A DNA stretch of 58,517 nucleotides, counting the filler, from Platydemus manokwari (taxonomy: Eukaryota), in the NCBI GenBank assembly GCA_037951405.1. It is 5 parts of 5 records of this genome, joined end to end, with 100 filler letters (N's around TTAATTAATTAA, not from the genome) between each part and the next. Parts side by side here need not be neighbours in the genome. Positions count along the whole stretch, not along the records: positions 1 to 12,173 come from JBBMOY010273337.1; positions 12,274 to 26,463 come from JBBMOY011509191.1; 3 more parts are not named here. The stretch is one strand, 5' to 3'. The notes under the pieces were generated by a model. The model ran no database searches. It was not told where the DNA came from and saw only the letters and a program-made list of their open reading frames with translations. The position numbers were made by a program, and so were the translations under genes. Shown here one piece after another: positions 1-14,480 of this stretch. Positions within the stretch are counted from its first letter, which is position 1; the number at the start of each line of letters is the position of its first letter.

Positions 1-134
1 ATAGCAATTACAGACAAATTCAAACGATGTATCCTCTATTATTATTCTTCTATTAATCAAATTTATACGAGATAAAAAAATATATTATTATTTATAGAGG
101 AATAATGCAAATAGTACAAAATTTAATATTTGAT

Positions 135-640
135 TTAAAAGGTTAATTATTTTACAATAAAGTTTTTAAGGTTAAAAAAATTTAATATAAAATTTAAGTT
201 CAAGAACTTTTAAAAATATAAACATTTAGGGTTTAAAGTAAAATAATGACTTAAATTTTACAAAAGTGGTGGAAAATCCTGGGTACAAGGTACCGAATCT
301 CAGCATCTATATAAGCTGATGAATTTCCATCACAATTCACTCTTAAAAATTTCGGTAATTCAAAACCAAAACGAAACACCAAAATGTAGCAGCAGTTAAT
401 TATTGAAACAAATCTTTTGAAAGGAACAAAGCTTCTGATATCGTTTTGGAGTAATTTGTTGAAACAATAATATTTTTGGTAAAGCGTAAATAGCGTTTGT
501 ATAGTTTGATAAAAATCAATATCTAAAATCTTATACTTAACTCTGTAGGGTCCTCTTCCAAGTAATATCATAAAATCTATATTTTTAAATTATAAGATTT
601 GTAGTTGAGTTCTCATTATCTCGGTGAGATAACTCCATCC
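135..640 (+). repeat. Dispersed repeat, copy 1 (homologous to the reverse complement of ~16525-16970)
   Basis: ggaaaatcctgggtacaaggtaccgaatctcagcatctatataagctgatgaatttccatcacaatt matches rc of 16770-16840 (ggaaaatcttaggtacaaagtaccgaatctaagcatctatataggctgatggatttccatcacaatt). Similarity continues to gttctca...cggtgagat. Confidence 0.85.
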
Positions 641-1999
641 ATTTGTTTATATAATTTTTGGTTTGAGTTGAATTGTTTGAGTTAATTGTAAATTTATTTA
701 TCGATTTTTAAATAAAAATTATAAAAAGAATTTGCCTGTCTTTGGTTTGATAATATTGATAGAATAAATAACAAGGACTAAACAATAAATAAACATCTTC
801 ATACAACCAAACACTTGATCATTTAAATTTAAGATTACTATAGCAACGTAGAAATTTACCATAGCAAAATAATTAATGACTATTAACACCCACAAACGCA
901 CCCAACCCAAAAATAGTCAATAAACTAATGCATTTCATAGTCAGTGCACAATAATTTCTCCGTACAATAAGCAAGTCAACTAATTCACTCAGATTTTTCA
1001 ACCAGATTGAATACTCGCAAGCAGATACTATGGTACTAATTACCTCAGTATCATTCTGAATTTTCATATCTACAGCTAAATTTGGAATTTACGTATTCGC
1101 AAGCAATTCGTAATTTTTACATTACTATTTTCCTTAGATTCATTACTTCGGACTTACAGTTATAATTATTATTTTTTAAAATTCTTAGTTGTTTTTGATC
1201 AATCTTCTATAGAAAATTAGTTGCAAATAATTGACAGTATAATTCCACAAAGTCTAAACAGAATTTTTCGCGCTTAAATTAAAATCTTCCTTAGTTTTCA
1301 TATCGGAGTAATGAGCCAGTCAGACCATCTGTCGATTTTTTATACAACTGTTCAGGTCACAGTTATACATTGTTAATTATTATTATCGTTAATAAAAGAG
1401 TTCTATATTTGTTATTTATTATACAGCACGCACCTGATTATCTATTTGGGTGGGATACCTGGTGGAAACATCAATTATCAGTTTCTAAGTAATTATTACT
1501 GTTTAACGGTTTGAATCATCGAGAATATCTTGTTGATTTAAATCAAACCTCATTACCTAATTGAATCCCATCAAATTTAAAGCATTATTATCCTATTCAT
1601 TGACAAAGAAGTTATAGTTGTAAGTGAATTACTTGATTTTGGGTTAAACTCTTGTCATTTTATTAACAACTTTATTATTGATCCTTACGACACTTACCAT
1701 TAATCCATAAATTTTTTGTATATCGCATATGTTGAATAATTAATCATCTCTATGATCTTCTTTGTCATATTACGAAGTTAACAGTTACAAACTGTACATT
1801 ATAATAACTTTGATTAATTTCAATTTTAATGAAGTTTTGATTTGTATATCAGTATCATATAATATGGATTAACTTGGTTTATTACTTCTAGAGACTTTCA
1901 AAAGTAATCAGTTTTAGTAAAGCTTTAGGGTTTATTAAGACCAGTTAAACAACCTTTAAAAAATTCAGAATAACATGCCAATAGTATTGTCTCGATAGG

Positions 2000-4330
2000 A
2001 ACTATTGAAACCCTCTAAGACCAGCATCTCGGTTTATAGGAGTCGTCACTCATTTCCGAGCCAAAGAATCACAAAAAACAGTGCAAGCGATCATTGTTCA
2101 ATATCACCTTGGGGAGCTAATTATCCGCTCCAAAAACCCCCTCGACATTACGTGTGACATTTCCACAATGAAGAATACCAAGTCTAAGAAGAAGACTTAG
2201 TTGGGCAATGGGATGAACAATTATGTCGAAATGAAATCTTTAACCAGCACATTGTCGTAGGATACCAAGTCAACGATATCATCAAAGCTCTCGACATTCC
2301 CCACGAGGAAATACTCGGCATAAATGACCTCGCCAAAGCCGAATGTCTCGTCGATTACAAGCTCGACCTACGAAACCCGATCAAACTGAAATATCAAACA
2401 GAAAGTTTTATCCAACTTCCAACCTAAGGAAAGCCACACCTTTTGAGTAATTCAGAGGGGAGTGGAAACCATGCGAGCCATTTACAAATAACTCGACAAA
2501 AAATTGGTCAACCCATCTATCATTACAGCCACCCAACTCACCAAGGAAAAAGAAGCTGAAAAGGAACAGCATTCCCCTAGCCATCAGCTCATAAGCCAAG
2601 CCTGACAGTAAGTCAAAATTCCAGCCCGCCGATAAGGCAGAAAGCTAAACAAATCCGGCAACTATAGTCAAACCAACTAACACCTCACCATCTTTACACC
2701 AGAAGAACAAATATATCTAACCACTGACGAAAAAGATCGCCACACACCGGTGGAACAAAGAGATTCAAAATTCCTATGCCGAAACCGAAAAAAGCTGCGG
2801 AAAATAGTGAGATTGCGACCCAGCGACAGCTTAGCTATGTCCAAGTTCGACAACCCAATAAATTTTCTGGTACATACACCCGAAATAATCCGAGTAGAAG
2901 GATCCCGATATTATTCCATCGGTATTCTCTATATCAATCTAAAGGCAATCAACCTAAACCGCAAATTTCGAAACTGCTGAGAAAAACGGGAGTGGTCGAT
3001 TGACAGTTATTAACATTAATCGGCGTTGAAGCCACTATTGTAATGACATTTTTATTTTATCCGGCACTGTAGACACCATTTTATTGATATGTTATTGACA
3101 TTTTTATTCGTCATTGTAGTCACTATCCTGTATGTAAACAGAAACACTATATTAACCTGTTAATCATCTTTCTGTCACAAATAACTTCTCAGTCCTCACT
3201 TTCCTGTTCACATTTTTCGGGACGAAAAAACCTAAGAGGGGGGAGATATGTTAGGATCCAATTACGATTAACTTAAGAAATCTGTATTAGTCATCACACC
3301 TACCGGAAATTATATAACCTAAATATAATCGAAAATTCCAAAAATAAACATGACGTAATTTCTAAATTAATTACAAACCTAAAAATGGAATTTAAAAATT
3401 ACATTATTAGAAATAAATTCACAGATAGGTAAAAATAGAATTAAGTCATGACAAAAATAGAAAATTCATGATTGCCTAAGACAACAATAAGACACAGTAT
3501 ATAAGACCAACGATTTTTCGAACAAATGGCAATAGAATACAGGCACAAAAATACCGGTATTAAAATTACTTGAAAAGCTAATTACAATGAGCTGATTGTC
3601 AGAATAGCTATCGCTAATCCGAACAGTTACAAGCAAGAGAATCATTAGTCAGTGTGACAGATCAAGTACGATCCGAGAATCATGTACCAGTAAACAGCAG
3701 AAACTCCAGAACGAGCTGAATTATAACCAGTAGAGGTATACACCAAGTTGTTTAATAGTTTCATATCGTGTCGAAAAATTCGGTATTAAGTAATTGAACC
3801 TTCTTTTGCCTCCCACCTTTTTGTCATAGTTTTCATTCATTATACGGTTCACCCGTATCGTGGAACTTACCTTCTGGTTGAGTCAACACTTCGCCAGCTG
3901 TGTTCACACAATTATAGTAATCAACTTTGTAAATTATTTATTGTGATTATTTAAATTATACGTTTCAATTCATTTGTTTTATTGTTATTTATTATATATC
4001 TATTGATTTACAAATCGCAACCTAAATTACATCACACGAAACACAACAGATTATTTGGAGTCCGATCTGTAAACAACGAACGAGCAACTCGAAAATTAAT
4101 CATACCTCACCCCATTACAAATAACCAAAAAGTAATATATAAAAATCCAATAGTTTATATAATCCAATTGAAACCACCGGTAAATGTGAATTATATTTTG
4201 AATACCAAATTAATAATTATTAAACCGTGCTGCTAGTACTCCAGAACTAAATAAAACGACCACTTGAAGACAACTATCTTAAAACTTTACATGTGTTCAG
4301 AGATAAATTTAGCTGTTACCCAGGTAATAG
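2000..4330 (+). mobile_element. 3' end of a Ty3/gypsy-like LTR retrotransposon: GC-richer decayed internal region, polypurine tract and 3' LTR starting at 3249 (right end uncertain)
   Basis: ttttcgggacgaaaaaacctAAGAGGGGGGAGATA|TGTTAGG is a classic PPT (3234-3248) followed directly by TG. The upstream 1.2 kb is locally GC-richer with broken ORFs. Confidence 0.7.
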
Positions 4331-5829
4331 ACCATAAATAGTATTAGATGAAATATGAGATATTCATAAACCTTGTTCAGTTATCGAAGTCGTCAATTAA
4401 ATAAAATGCACATTTATCAATTTCTGAATATCATTTAAGCAAAATTAATGTATATAATAAAAAACAATGATAATATTAAATAAACTAAACGAAAAAAAAG
4501 AAAATTCAAAATTTATGTAGAATTAATAAAGTGAATTTAATTAAAAAATTAGTAATTAACAAAGCTGATCATTACAACAAGCAGTGGTTCGCTTATGTTT
4601 GCAGTAGATCCATGCTTAAGTGATAGTGCAGAAACTCAACGATTGAAAGTAAAATAAACACATACTTCACTACATAAGTAGATTCTGTAACGATATACAG
4701 AAATCAATAACTAAATGAACACCTTACCAAGTGAGAATCAGAAAGTTCTTGAGAATTCAAGCAAAAAACAATTGAACAAACCTCCAAATATATAAATTCG
4801 GAACAAAAAAATGTACGAGTCCAATATTAATAGAAGCTGTAATTAAGATTATTCAACCAAAATCCGTTTAACCGTATATAAAATTTTGATTAATTATTTG
4901 AAACAGCATATTGCTTTACAGCTACGCAAGTTTGAAAATGTTCAAAATGATTGTTCACAGTATAAAATGCTCGTTTACATCATATATTTCTATTAATAAA
5001 CTTTAAAATTAAGTTGCAATCAATTTAGTAACAATACTAGTTTAATTCACTTATAACTAAATATTTACGAAATTAAATTTTTTATATAAAACTTCATCAT
5101 GGGCCCTATATCATTGTATGTCCTAATAATTATTTCAAAATTGAAATATTTTTATTCATATATTATCATTCATATATGCACAATTGTTAGCTATAGAAAT
5201 TAATAAGTTGAAGAAATGTTTTGTTATGATTTTAATGCTTGATTTGTAATACAGAATATGAATATACAAAAAATCTAATGTATTCAAAATTTAATTATAA
5301 ATTTTTTTTAATTAAAGTTTGATAAATTCTAATTAATTGTCTCCAATTGGAATTGTAAAAACTAGTCAAGTGGCCCATGAATCAATCAAGATTTAATTAA
5401 TTAGACTCAAAGTTTTCAAGTGATTCGGAGATCGGATAGATTCCAAAAATCAAAAAAATAATTGTAAACAATCAATAACATAATAACATCCCTAATTTAA
5501 GATTAAGCTTACCAAATATAGTATTTGCTATGTAATTACTATAATTACCGGAGCAATTCCAAACTTTACACACCAAGCAATGTGACGTCTAATAAATTTA
5601 GAATGATTGACAAACATTTAATAATCTTAATAAATTACATATTTTTGGATTGGGATACTTAAACAATATAGGATGTCATCCCAACGTGATTTAAAGAAAT
5701 AATAAAATGCATCTAAGCAATAATTATAGACATAAAATCGAAATTCTTCATCAAAAAATCTTGACATGGTAATCAACAAATTAATAATTCATATTTGAAT
5801 TATAACTATAATAAAATTTATTAAAAACT

Positions 5830-7620
5830 AACCCGTTAAGTTCATATGAACATCACAAAGGCTATGAAAAAAATGGATACAAATATTTAAACAACAGCCT
5901 ATTTTTGTCATTAACTAAAATTGAAATCCATTATTTACTATATTTACAATTTAATCCAATTTTACAAGTTAATTTCGCGTCTCATTGCAACTATAAAAAA
6001 TTTACTTTTTTATTTCAATTATATATATAATATTATTAATGATTATTGAAAATTTAAATTTATAATACAAAAGCCAGAAATTGATAATAAGAGTTTCACT
6101 AGAGACCGAAGAAAAAACAAGAAAAATAATAAAATAAGGTTTTGCTCAAGCACTACGTCTGCTTCAATTAAAAAAAATAAAGAACGACCAGATACTTTTA
6201 AATTTGTTATTATCAGAGGCGAAATTAGAACTAATGACTATTTAGCGAAAAAATCACTACAAAACAAATAGATCTTATGGGACTTTGGTCAACAAAAGTA
6301 AAAGAATAGTGGACATGATCTGTTACAAAAACACTCACTGAGTACTCTTTATTTGAGATAGACGAATTGCTTTAGATTGAAAACAAGCGATATGAAGAAG
6401 ATTGGCAGGGAAAAGATAAAAAAGAAATGACTCCAGGCTAGTGGGTTGTGGAATTGATATAAATAGAATTATAGAACTACAAAAAACTACTTGTAGAGAG
6501 CTAAGCTTCGATAAGATAGATAAGCTACTTCATTGAAAGACATGGGATTTCTGCGGAGGAACGACTTTCAGGAACTAAGACCTGACTCCTTTTCAGGTCA
6601 AGCACCTGCAACAGATAAAACAGTGTCATCGAGAATTTGTCCTTTCGATACTTAGAGGGTATAGACGAAAATTTTAATCAAGACTGTAAAGTTATAAAAT
6701 ATAAAATCTTCTAGTAATTAGTGTAGGAAAATGTAGTATAATGTTAATTAATTCACTTCCAATGACATCGATAACGAACACAAAGGAATAGCAAAAATAA
6801 GTAAATAAAAATGTAGCCTCCAAGTAATTCATTACAATCTACTTTGACAAATGCATCAAAAGTTCCAAGAAAGCGGTCATTTATTTATAAGGCTTCGCAA
6901 ATAACACACGTAAGATAATCACAATTATACTTAAAAACACAATCATAATGTATAAAAAAGGCTAGAAAAGTCATTAACAGTAGTCATAGAATAGGAAACG
7001 GAAGGAGAATAGTCATCAATTTATCAGTCGGTTTCCTTCAAAGATACAATTGATACTAGGAGACTCCTAGTTATACACCTTATAAGAATCAGAAAACGAC
7101 ACACTAGTTATATATAAAAATTATAATCTCCATTAAGACTCATGAAAAATAGATAGCATGACAAAAGACCAATCTTTAAAGATCCAGTTTCACATATTCA
7201 AATAATGCTCATTACACTGAGACAAATAGAAGAAATAAATACAGCAATTTTATGTAAAGACAACATAAAGATATCATGATGAGTAAAACAATAATTCTGA
7301 CTATCAACGCCACTCTTAAAAATAACAATAAATTCCATCCATATCAAAATAGGTGAAGATATAACAAGAAGATTTCTTCTACCAGACCATAAAAATACAT
7401 TCCCGGTATTACCGACAACATCGCCATAGAAGCCAACAGGACAACATGGCATGATGAGCAATGAATGCTGGCAAGCACAACAATGTTGCTTCAAGTTCAA
7501 ACCAACAGAATATGGGGCACACCTGGAACAGCAGGATTATAAATAAACTAGAGAAGACAGGAAATGCCTTAAGTACACAAGGAAGGTGTTCCAGAAATCG
7601 TGATTAAAGACCTTTATTGA
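5830..7620 (+). mobile_element. Highly decayed non-LTR (LINE-like) retroelement remnant
   Basis: A-rich + strand with broken coding-like stretches (e.g. SIHIKIGEDITRRF). No intact RT motif seen. Confidence 0.3.
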
Positions 7621-10600
7621 TACTTAAGAATAAATTCATCAGTCAATCTACATAAATAGATGTATCCCGCTACCACGGAAAAAATTTTCTTCACAAGAAA
7701 GGCAAACAATTTCTTTTACAGTTACAATTTCTATTCAGTCGTCTATATTTTTCTGATTATTATGACACCTCATCATTTATACAAATTTAATCATCCTGCA
7801 CTTTTAAATGGATTTAATGCATCCATTAATTCGTGGAAATGAAGCTTAGTTGAAAGTTAATATCGTGATTATAATAAAGTAGATGTAATAAAGTTGATCT
7901 TACAATGATGTTAGATTAGTGGTTTCATTGAGAATTTTTCGATGAATAATTTGCTTATCATTGAGTCAAGATAGCCCTGCATGAATACCAAAATTGGAAT
8001 AATTGAGAATTGTAATATAATAATATTTATGAAATAAATGAAAATATTTATATCAAAACAATTCACGATTATCTGAAATGTAACAATAAAATAATTTGAT
8101 AATTCAAATTAATCAAGCGAAAACAAGAACCGTAAATAAGTGAGTTTTACCAACAATTAAAATCTATTTTCTTTATACGACATCATTTTCAGTATAAACA
8201 ACTAATTATCTCTACACATTAATGGCGTTTGTTTTAAAAATATAATTGAATTTTCGTTAATTTTTTGATAATTTCATAAAACCTCTATGTAGAACGGTGA
8301 CAAATCGATAAAGAATCAAACTTACAAATCTTACCAAACGTTTATGAATTGTGAAACACGATTGTCTATAAGTTGTGGTGATTTTATTTTTTAAGAAGTT
8401 TTACGAACATCAGTGTACCCTTGCATAAATGATAAATGAGTCGATTCAACATAAATTTATTGGTTTATTAAATTAATTATTGCCGTAGCGATCTTATTAA
8501 GATTAAAATGACTCTGTCTAAGATTACAATTACTGTACAATTATTTTTTCAGCAAATAAAATAATTACTTACTAAGAAATATAAAACTATTGCTTTATTT
8601 TTATTTCTGTTTAAAAAATAATCTGCTGTTTCTTTGTCCATAAATTATTGTTTTTAATTTAATTTATATTCTCATATTTTTTAAAATAAATTTTGTGGCT
8701 TAGTTAGCTTATTTTCCTTATCTTAATAAGCTGTCAACTTTCTTATTTAATGAGCTATATTTGGTAAAAACTACAAATACATAATGCCATACATCGTGTT
8801 CCTTCAAACGCAATTGGCATATAAAGCTGAATCAATAAACCACATAAAAAGATATTAAAAACATAATTATATTATAAGCAGTTGATTACATGTTGGTCAC
8901 TAAATATCAAAATCAATTGAGTATTGATTTTTTATTTTTTGAACGACGTGGATTATCATTTCAGGATATATCCTTGGATAAAATCTTCATTTTGTTTTAT
9001 TATGGTTTTATGATTGTTTTAAACATATCCAATAATTTCTATTAAATTAATAAGCAAAATAAAATAGTGATAATTTTAAATGTTAAATTATAATAATAAT
9101 TTCAAATGTCAGAATTTTAAGTTTATGAAATTACAGTAATAAGTACAGAAAATGTTAAAATTTACCTATGACTATATAAGAGGACGTTAAAGCTAGCATT
9201 TCACTCAAATTTTGGAATAATACAATCTATCATTGGTAAATATATAATCAGTATTAATAAAGATAATTAGGTAAACAAGAAAATAATTAGCCCGACCTAT
9301 TGGAATCCTATTAAACTATCGTTAAAATATATTTTTATAAATCAGTAAGGCCATTACGGTGTTTTTGCGTTTCATACCAATTAGTTTTAAATTGATGATT
9401 AGAGTTAAATGTGTGATTACCATTTTATTTCAATAAGTATTTCTTAACCAACAAAGCGTGTTTATTATAAAGATAGTTAAATCACGCCAGTGACTTGTTA
9501 CTATCGTTCAAAAATTCACAATCCAACAATTGTATTTAATTCCTTCATGCTAACATGTTAACTATTAAAATCGTATGCATTATATTGTATTTTCCAATCC
9601 TTTTTTTCTATTTGTAGTTGTCATGTAGATTTAAAATCGAATGGTTTTATGAATATGTTTGTTTTATTATTAATTTTTTTATTAAAGGATTGAGTATTGA
9701 CCGTATTGCTTTTAAAGCAGGTTTTGCTTAATAAATGCTGGTTTGATATTTAATTAAATTTAGAGTTTACAAAATAAAATATATTATTTTTATTTACAAT
9801 GAATTGAGGTAATTTTTACTTTCCAAAAATAAAAAATAAGTTACATTAAGTATTAAACAGTTTTAAATCGACTATACATAAAACTTACACATTTAGCGTA
9901 TAATAATTACGATAAAAATTTAAAGTTTCATGAACACATAAATTGTTAATGTATTGGCCAAATCTCAACAACAATATATCACTTACTCCAATAAACATTC
10001 GCATTTTCCAAATTGAATTTTCAGAATACATTTTTAATATCAGGCGAAAAGTGTAATTATTGAGCAAAACATAAATATGATTAAACTAATGTTCATGTTA
10101 ATTGTTTATTGTTATAACATTTTAAATCCAGGACTAGATTTTCGATTAGTTGTTGATACAAATAACCAAAAGTAAATTGCGGGATTTATTTGAAGGAATT
10201 ATTTACCAAGTGTGTGTCTCATATGGAAAAGTGAATTGGTAAGTACATCCATGGTATCCATCCCAACATGAGTAAAAATTAGAATTGTTGAATTTTATTA
10301 TTTTCTGGAATAATTATAGATCGATATGTAGGTCGATTTTAAAGTTTTGCGTATATGATGAAAACATGTATCCTTTAGACATTTTTACTCTATCTAATGA
10401 CCTGTAATAATTTGCGAAATACTTTTAATATTTGAATAAGTAATTCTTTACGATAAGTTACTCAGTGTTATCTGAAGAATTTCCATTTGAAATAATCTTA
10501 CTTAAATCAAAGAAATATTAAGAAATTGAATAGGTCAAATCAAACATAAAAATACTTCTATAAGTTCAAAATGCTTATTCACCAATTATAATTAAATAAA

Positions 10601-10886
10601 ATTGAAACTTCGATCTAGAAAATTTAAGATTTATAAATTGCTTAAAAATTGATTAAAATTTTTAAATAATTAATATTTCTTCAATCTTATTTGAATTTTC
10701 ATAATACAAATCATAATTTTTAAGCATTTTCAAAATTCTTACAAAAACTTAATTAAGTTTTCATTAAATAAAACTTTTCAATTTGTTTATATTATCATCT
10801 GAATATGTATTATTAAATTTATATTAAATATTCAATATTTAAATTTTTGAGTTATAAATCTTTATTAAAAAATTCTTCAATCATAA

Positions 10887-11317
10887 ATGGCTAATGACAA
10901 CGATTCAGTTGACAGTAATGGGAATTCTACGGATTTAAGACCTCGTAGAAGTAATAGAGCTAAAGGGAAGTCTTTAACTCAAGTAGAAGAAACAGACGAT
11001 AATATTGTTGTTAATAATGTAGCATATAAAGTAGGTAAGTATATCACTATCTTTAGACCAATTCGATTTTATAGTAACGATATAATAACTTTTAATGATA
11101 ATTAGGTGATTTTGCATTTTATCTGGACAAAAAACAAGATATCTATCGTATTGGATTAATAGAAGAGTTTAAATTTCAAAAACGAGACAAATTGACAAAT
11201 AAAAAAGCCGAAATTTCTATTAAACAATTTTATCGTTTGGATGAAATACCACCTAGTGTTTTGTCGAATGAAGGCGAATTTGATACTCATGTTATGCCAC
11301 AAAGTTTTCCAGATTGG
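10887..11317 (+). CDS. RERE: RERE/atrophin-like (MTA/RERE family) BAH-domain protein; exon 1 10887-11034 and exon 2 11106-11317, rest not in this contig
   Basis: 71-bp phase-1 intron (G|GTAAGT...TTAG|GT) joins YKVG to DFAFYLDKKQDIYRIGLIEEFKFQKRDKLTNKKAEISIKQFYRLDEIPPSV. This resembles the RERE BAH start (Y..GD.VY...ICSIQDFKLSKRD...VKWYYRQSEVPDSV). Exon 2 ends at GTGAGT (11318). Confidence 0.75.
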
Positions 11318-12173
11318 GTGAGTTTGTTTTTTGATAGTTTTATTATTTTCGTAAATCGCTATTAAGTTTTAATTAATGAATTATTTTTATGAAATCCTGA
11401 ACGTTTAATATTAGCTTAAATATCAGTGTTTTTCTAATGTTTTTCATTTATAATTATATTTATCAATTGTTTCCAATAACGATTGATTTGTTTATCGATT
11501 GTTTTATAATCGTGAGAGTATATTTTCAATTATAATGATCCAATAGTAACAATCGTTTATAATTATGAGCCATATTGATGATTCTGAACCAAACAGATCC
11601 GATCACAAAATGTGATCACGAGTGAGTAAATTATTGTGCTCGAGCTTCGTTGAGAATAAGAAACGATAACGAAACCGTTATATCAGCAGATAAATCATGA
11701 GATATTTCTATGGTTCAGTCCGAATAACTCTGCTGTGATTATAATTATTATTTACAATATGCAGGATTTATGAAAGATCCCATGAGATCTGCTTTAAATA
11801 ATTTATTGTTCTGTGTCCTTGATTATTGATGTTGACATCAGTCAAAGTTTTTGGTATTACAATTTGAGTTTGCAATCAAACTCTCAAAACTCGTTGCGCT
11901 TTATATCATTGAAGAGAAATTGAGTGTCACTAGATCTAATGGGTAGCTGTGCGTTAAAAAAAAATATGTCCAAGCGTGCTTATAGACTAAAACATCCGAC
12001 AAGGAAAACATACTGTTTTCATACAATCATTAAATGAGTTTTTGCAAAAAAAACGCTTGCACAAACAAGTGGCATACTGCTGTACCATTGCTATCGTCAG
12101 TGCGATACCATCCCGTCGAAGGTATTTCGGCCCGTGAATCACAAACACCCTGAGGCCGGGTCCTCACAGAGTG

Positions 12174-12273
12174 NNNNNNNNNNNNNNNNNNNNNNNNNNN
12201 NNNNNNNNNNNNNNNNNTTAATTAATTAANNNNNNNNNNNNNNNNNNNNNNNNNNNNNNNNNNNNNNNNNNNN
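12174..12273. other. Artificial contig-joining linker (N44-TTAATTAATTAA-N44)
   Basis: Exactly 100 bp. The core gives stop codons in all six frames and is identical at four places in the window. Confidence 0.98.
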
Positions 12274-12804
12274 ATCAGGATGTGTTTAGACTTCAGAAAA
12301 TTAAACGAACAGACTGAGAAGTTTTCTTTTCCGGTACCTGACATTCAAACATCATTGGACTCAGTGTATGGAGCGACAGTTTTCTCCACGATAGATTTAG
12401 GCCAACCATATTATCAGGTTGAACTTGAGGAAGATTCTAAAATGAAAACGTCTTTCAGCACTAGAACTGGGCAGTTCTGTTTTAACAGACTACCTTTTGG
12501 ATTATGTACCGCGCCAGAAACGTTTGAGAGTCTAATAAATACTATATTCAAGGACTTGATTTACAAAGGCGTTCTGGTTTATCTGGACGATATTTTAGTA
12601 TATGGAAGAACGGTAGAGGAACACAATGAGAAACTTGAAAAGGTATTCAGGTTGATTAAATCATCAGGTTTGAAAATCAATGCCGAGAAATGCACTTTTG
12701 GCACTAGAAAACTAAATTCCCTGGGCCATACGGTCAGTGCAGAAACTAATGACAACAAATTAAAGAAAATTAAGGAAGCAATTAAACCTAGTTGCATCAA
12801 ATAG
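12274..12804 (+). mobile_element. Ty3/gypsy reverse transcriptase fragment
   Basis: Motifs RMCLDFRKLN, FSTIDL, RLPFGLCTAP.TF and VLVYLDDILVYG. Near-identical to 32457-32970. Confidence 0.95.
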
Positions 12805-13149
12805 TGATTTTTTAAATGTAACAAGCTTTTTGCATGTCAGTCCGTACCAATAAATTTCCGAAAATTTTCGTTACATTATTATAACAATATTTTTTATCAG
12901 CATGACAATACGTATCGATTAATTCTTGTAACTCTTTAGTTTTAACCATAATTTCCAGTGCTATAATTTTATGCTATAATTTTATGATTTATCTATTGGG
13001 GAGAAAAATAAATAGTTTAGATTAACTGAATATAATTATCGATAACAAACATGAGATTAATAATAAAGAGGTAAAACATCCAAAAAATTTGAGAGTATAT
13101 AATAATTCTGAAAATTATAACGTTTTTTGGAATAATGTAAATAATTCTC

Positions 13150-13950
13150 AACAATGTAACAATAAATATGTCAAGGGGATAAAAAATTTATGGGAATAAA
13201 TAATTAATCAAAGAGATAAATGCCCACCAATATAAAGTTATATATAGGGGACAGATCACCTAACATTGCCTACTGTAAGAAACAACTAGCTTTGTATTGA
13301 GTTAGCAATCGTTAGTTTAAGAACATTGTGTTAACTTGTAAATGCACTACGATTTCCCGAACATGTGCTATAAATTTCTAAGACAAAGTAATCGATAATT
13401 TATTATAAACAACCATATTCATCGTTTATCTCATATTTTCGGGTGATATTTCAAATTTCTGAGGTAACTGGTTTTGGTCCAAGAGTGTAGTATGTATTAA
13501 CTATAGCTTGTTCCAAGAATATGATAAAGTTCTCGTTACAGGATTTGGTGTATGCGTATTTTAAAATCATTTTGTAACTTTTTATTAGTGTTGCATTGGT
13601 AATTTGCTTATAACAAAGGTTTTATTTATCAAACATTGATTTTTGATCAATAAATTTAAAATTTAGCTGATAGGCATAGTTTCGTAATACGAGGCATTGC
13701 GGTTAAGTTTGATATTGAGACTTATAATATTTTAAAGAACCAGTGGTATCATCACAAGATACTGAAGTGCGAAGTGAAAAATTAACTCCTGCAAGGTAAA
13801 GCACCTAACCAGGAACTCCCTGAGATTGATTAATATAATGGTGATCACAGATTCAAAATCATTAAATAATGTAACAAGGCCCAAACCCAACATATTTATG
13901 TTTTGCCTTGTCATAGATCAAATAAATAGGAGTCAGATAGTTAGACCCGA
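13150..13950 (-). mobile_element. Decayed LINE (CR1/L2-like) ORF2 remnant
   Basis: Degenerate endonuclease SDH-like, WK.A.V and G..QG..L.P-like remnants in the expected order on the minus strand, with many stops. Confidence 0.35.
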
Positions 13951-14229
13951 ATCAACTAAAAAATCTAAAAACACCGCTTTGATAATAATAAATTAGTTAA
14001 ACTTATTAAAATCAAAACCAAAATTTTAAATATTTATTTCAGTTATAAATTTTTGATGAATTTCTGAATGACATTATGGATATGTTTAATGTTATTTCAA
14101 ATTATGATTTTCAGTATTCTATTCGGTGTAACCACGGACGTAATTCATTTGAAAATTCTCTAATGGCAATTTGTTAACGAAAATTCTTCAAACCACCAAT
14201 AATAATGATAATAATCATTAACAACTGGG

Positions 14230-14480
14230 ACACAAACACCTTGCACCAACTACATATCAGTAACTTCATAATATAAAGTTTCCCAGCTTCGATAAGACGA
14301 GTGAGATTGTAATTGTTTCACTATCACGTAATCCTGAGAAATAATTCACAAGATGTCTGACAAGTTGCATTAATTACATCCATCACAAGTAGTTCATATG
14401 TTGTGCAATGAAATACTTCAACTGGTTGAGAGTCTTGCTGCATTGGATATATTAAAACAAGTTGTTCCATATTATGACAA
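14230..14480 (-). mobile_element. Decayed hAT transposase remnant
   Basis: HCTTYELLVMDVI resembles C..H.LNL.V.D, followed by RSWETLY resembling TRW.S.Y. Confidence 0.3.
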
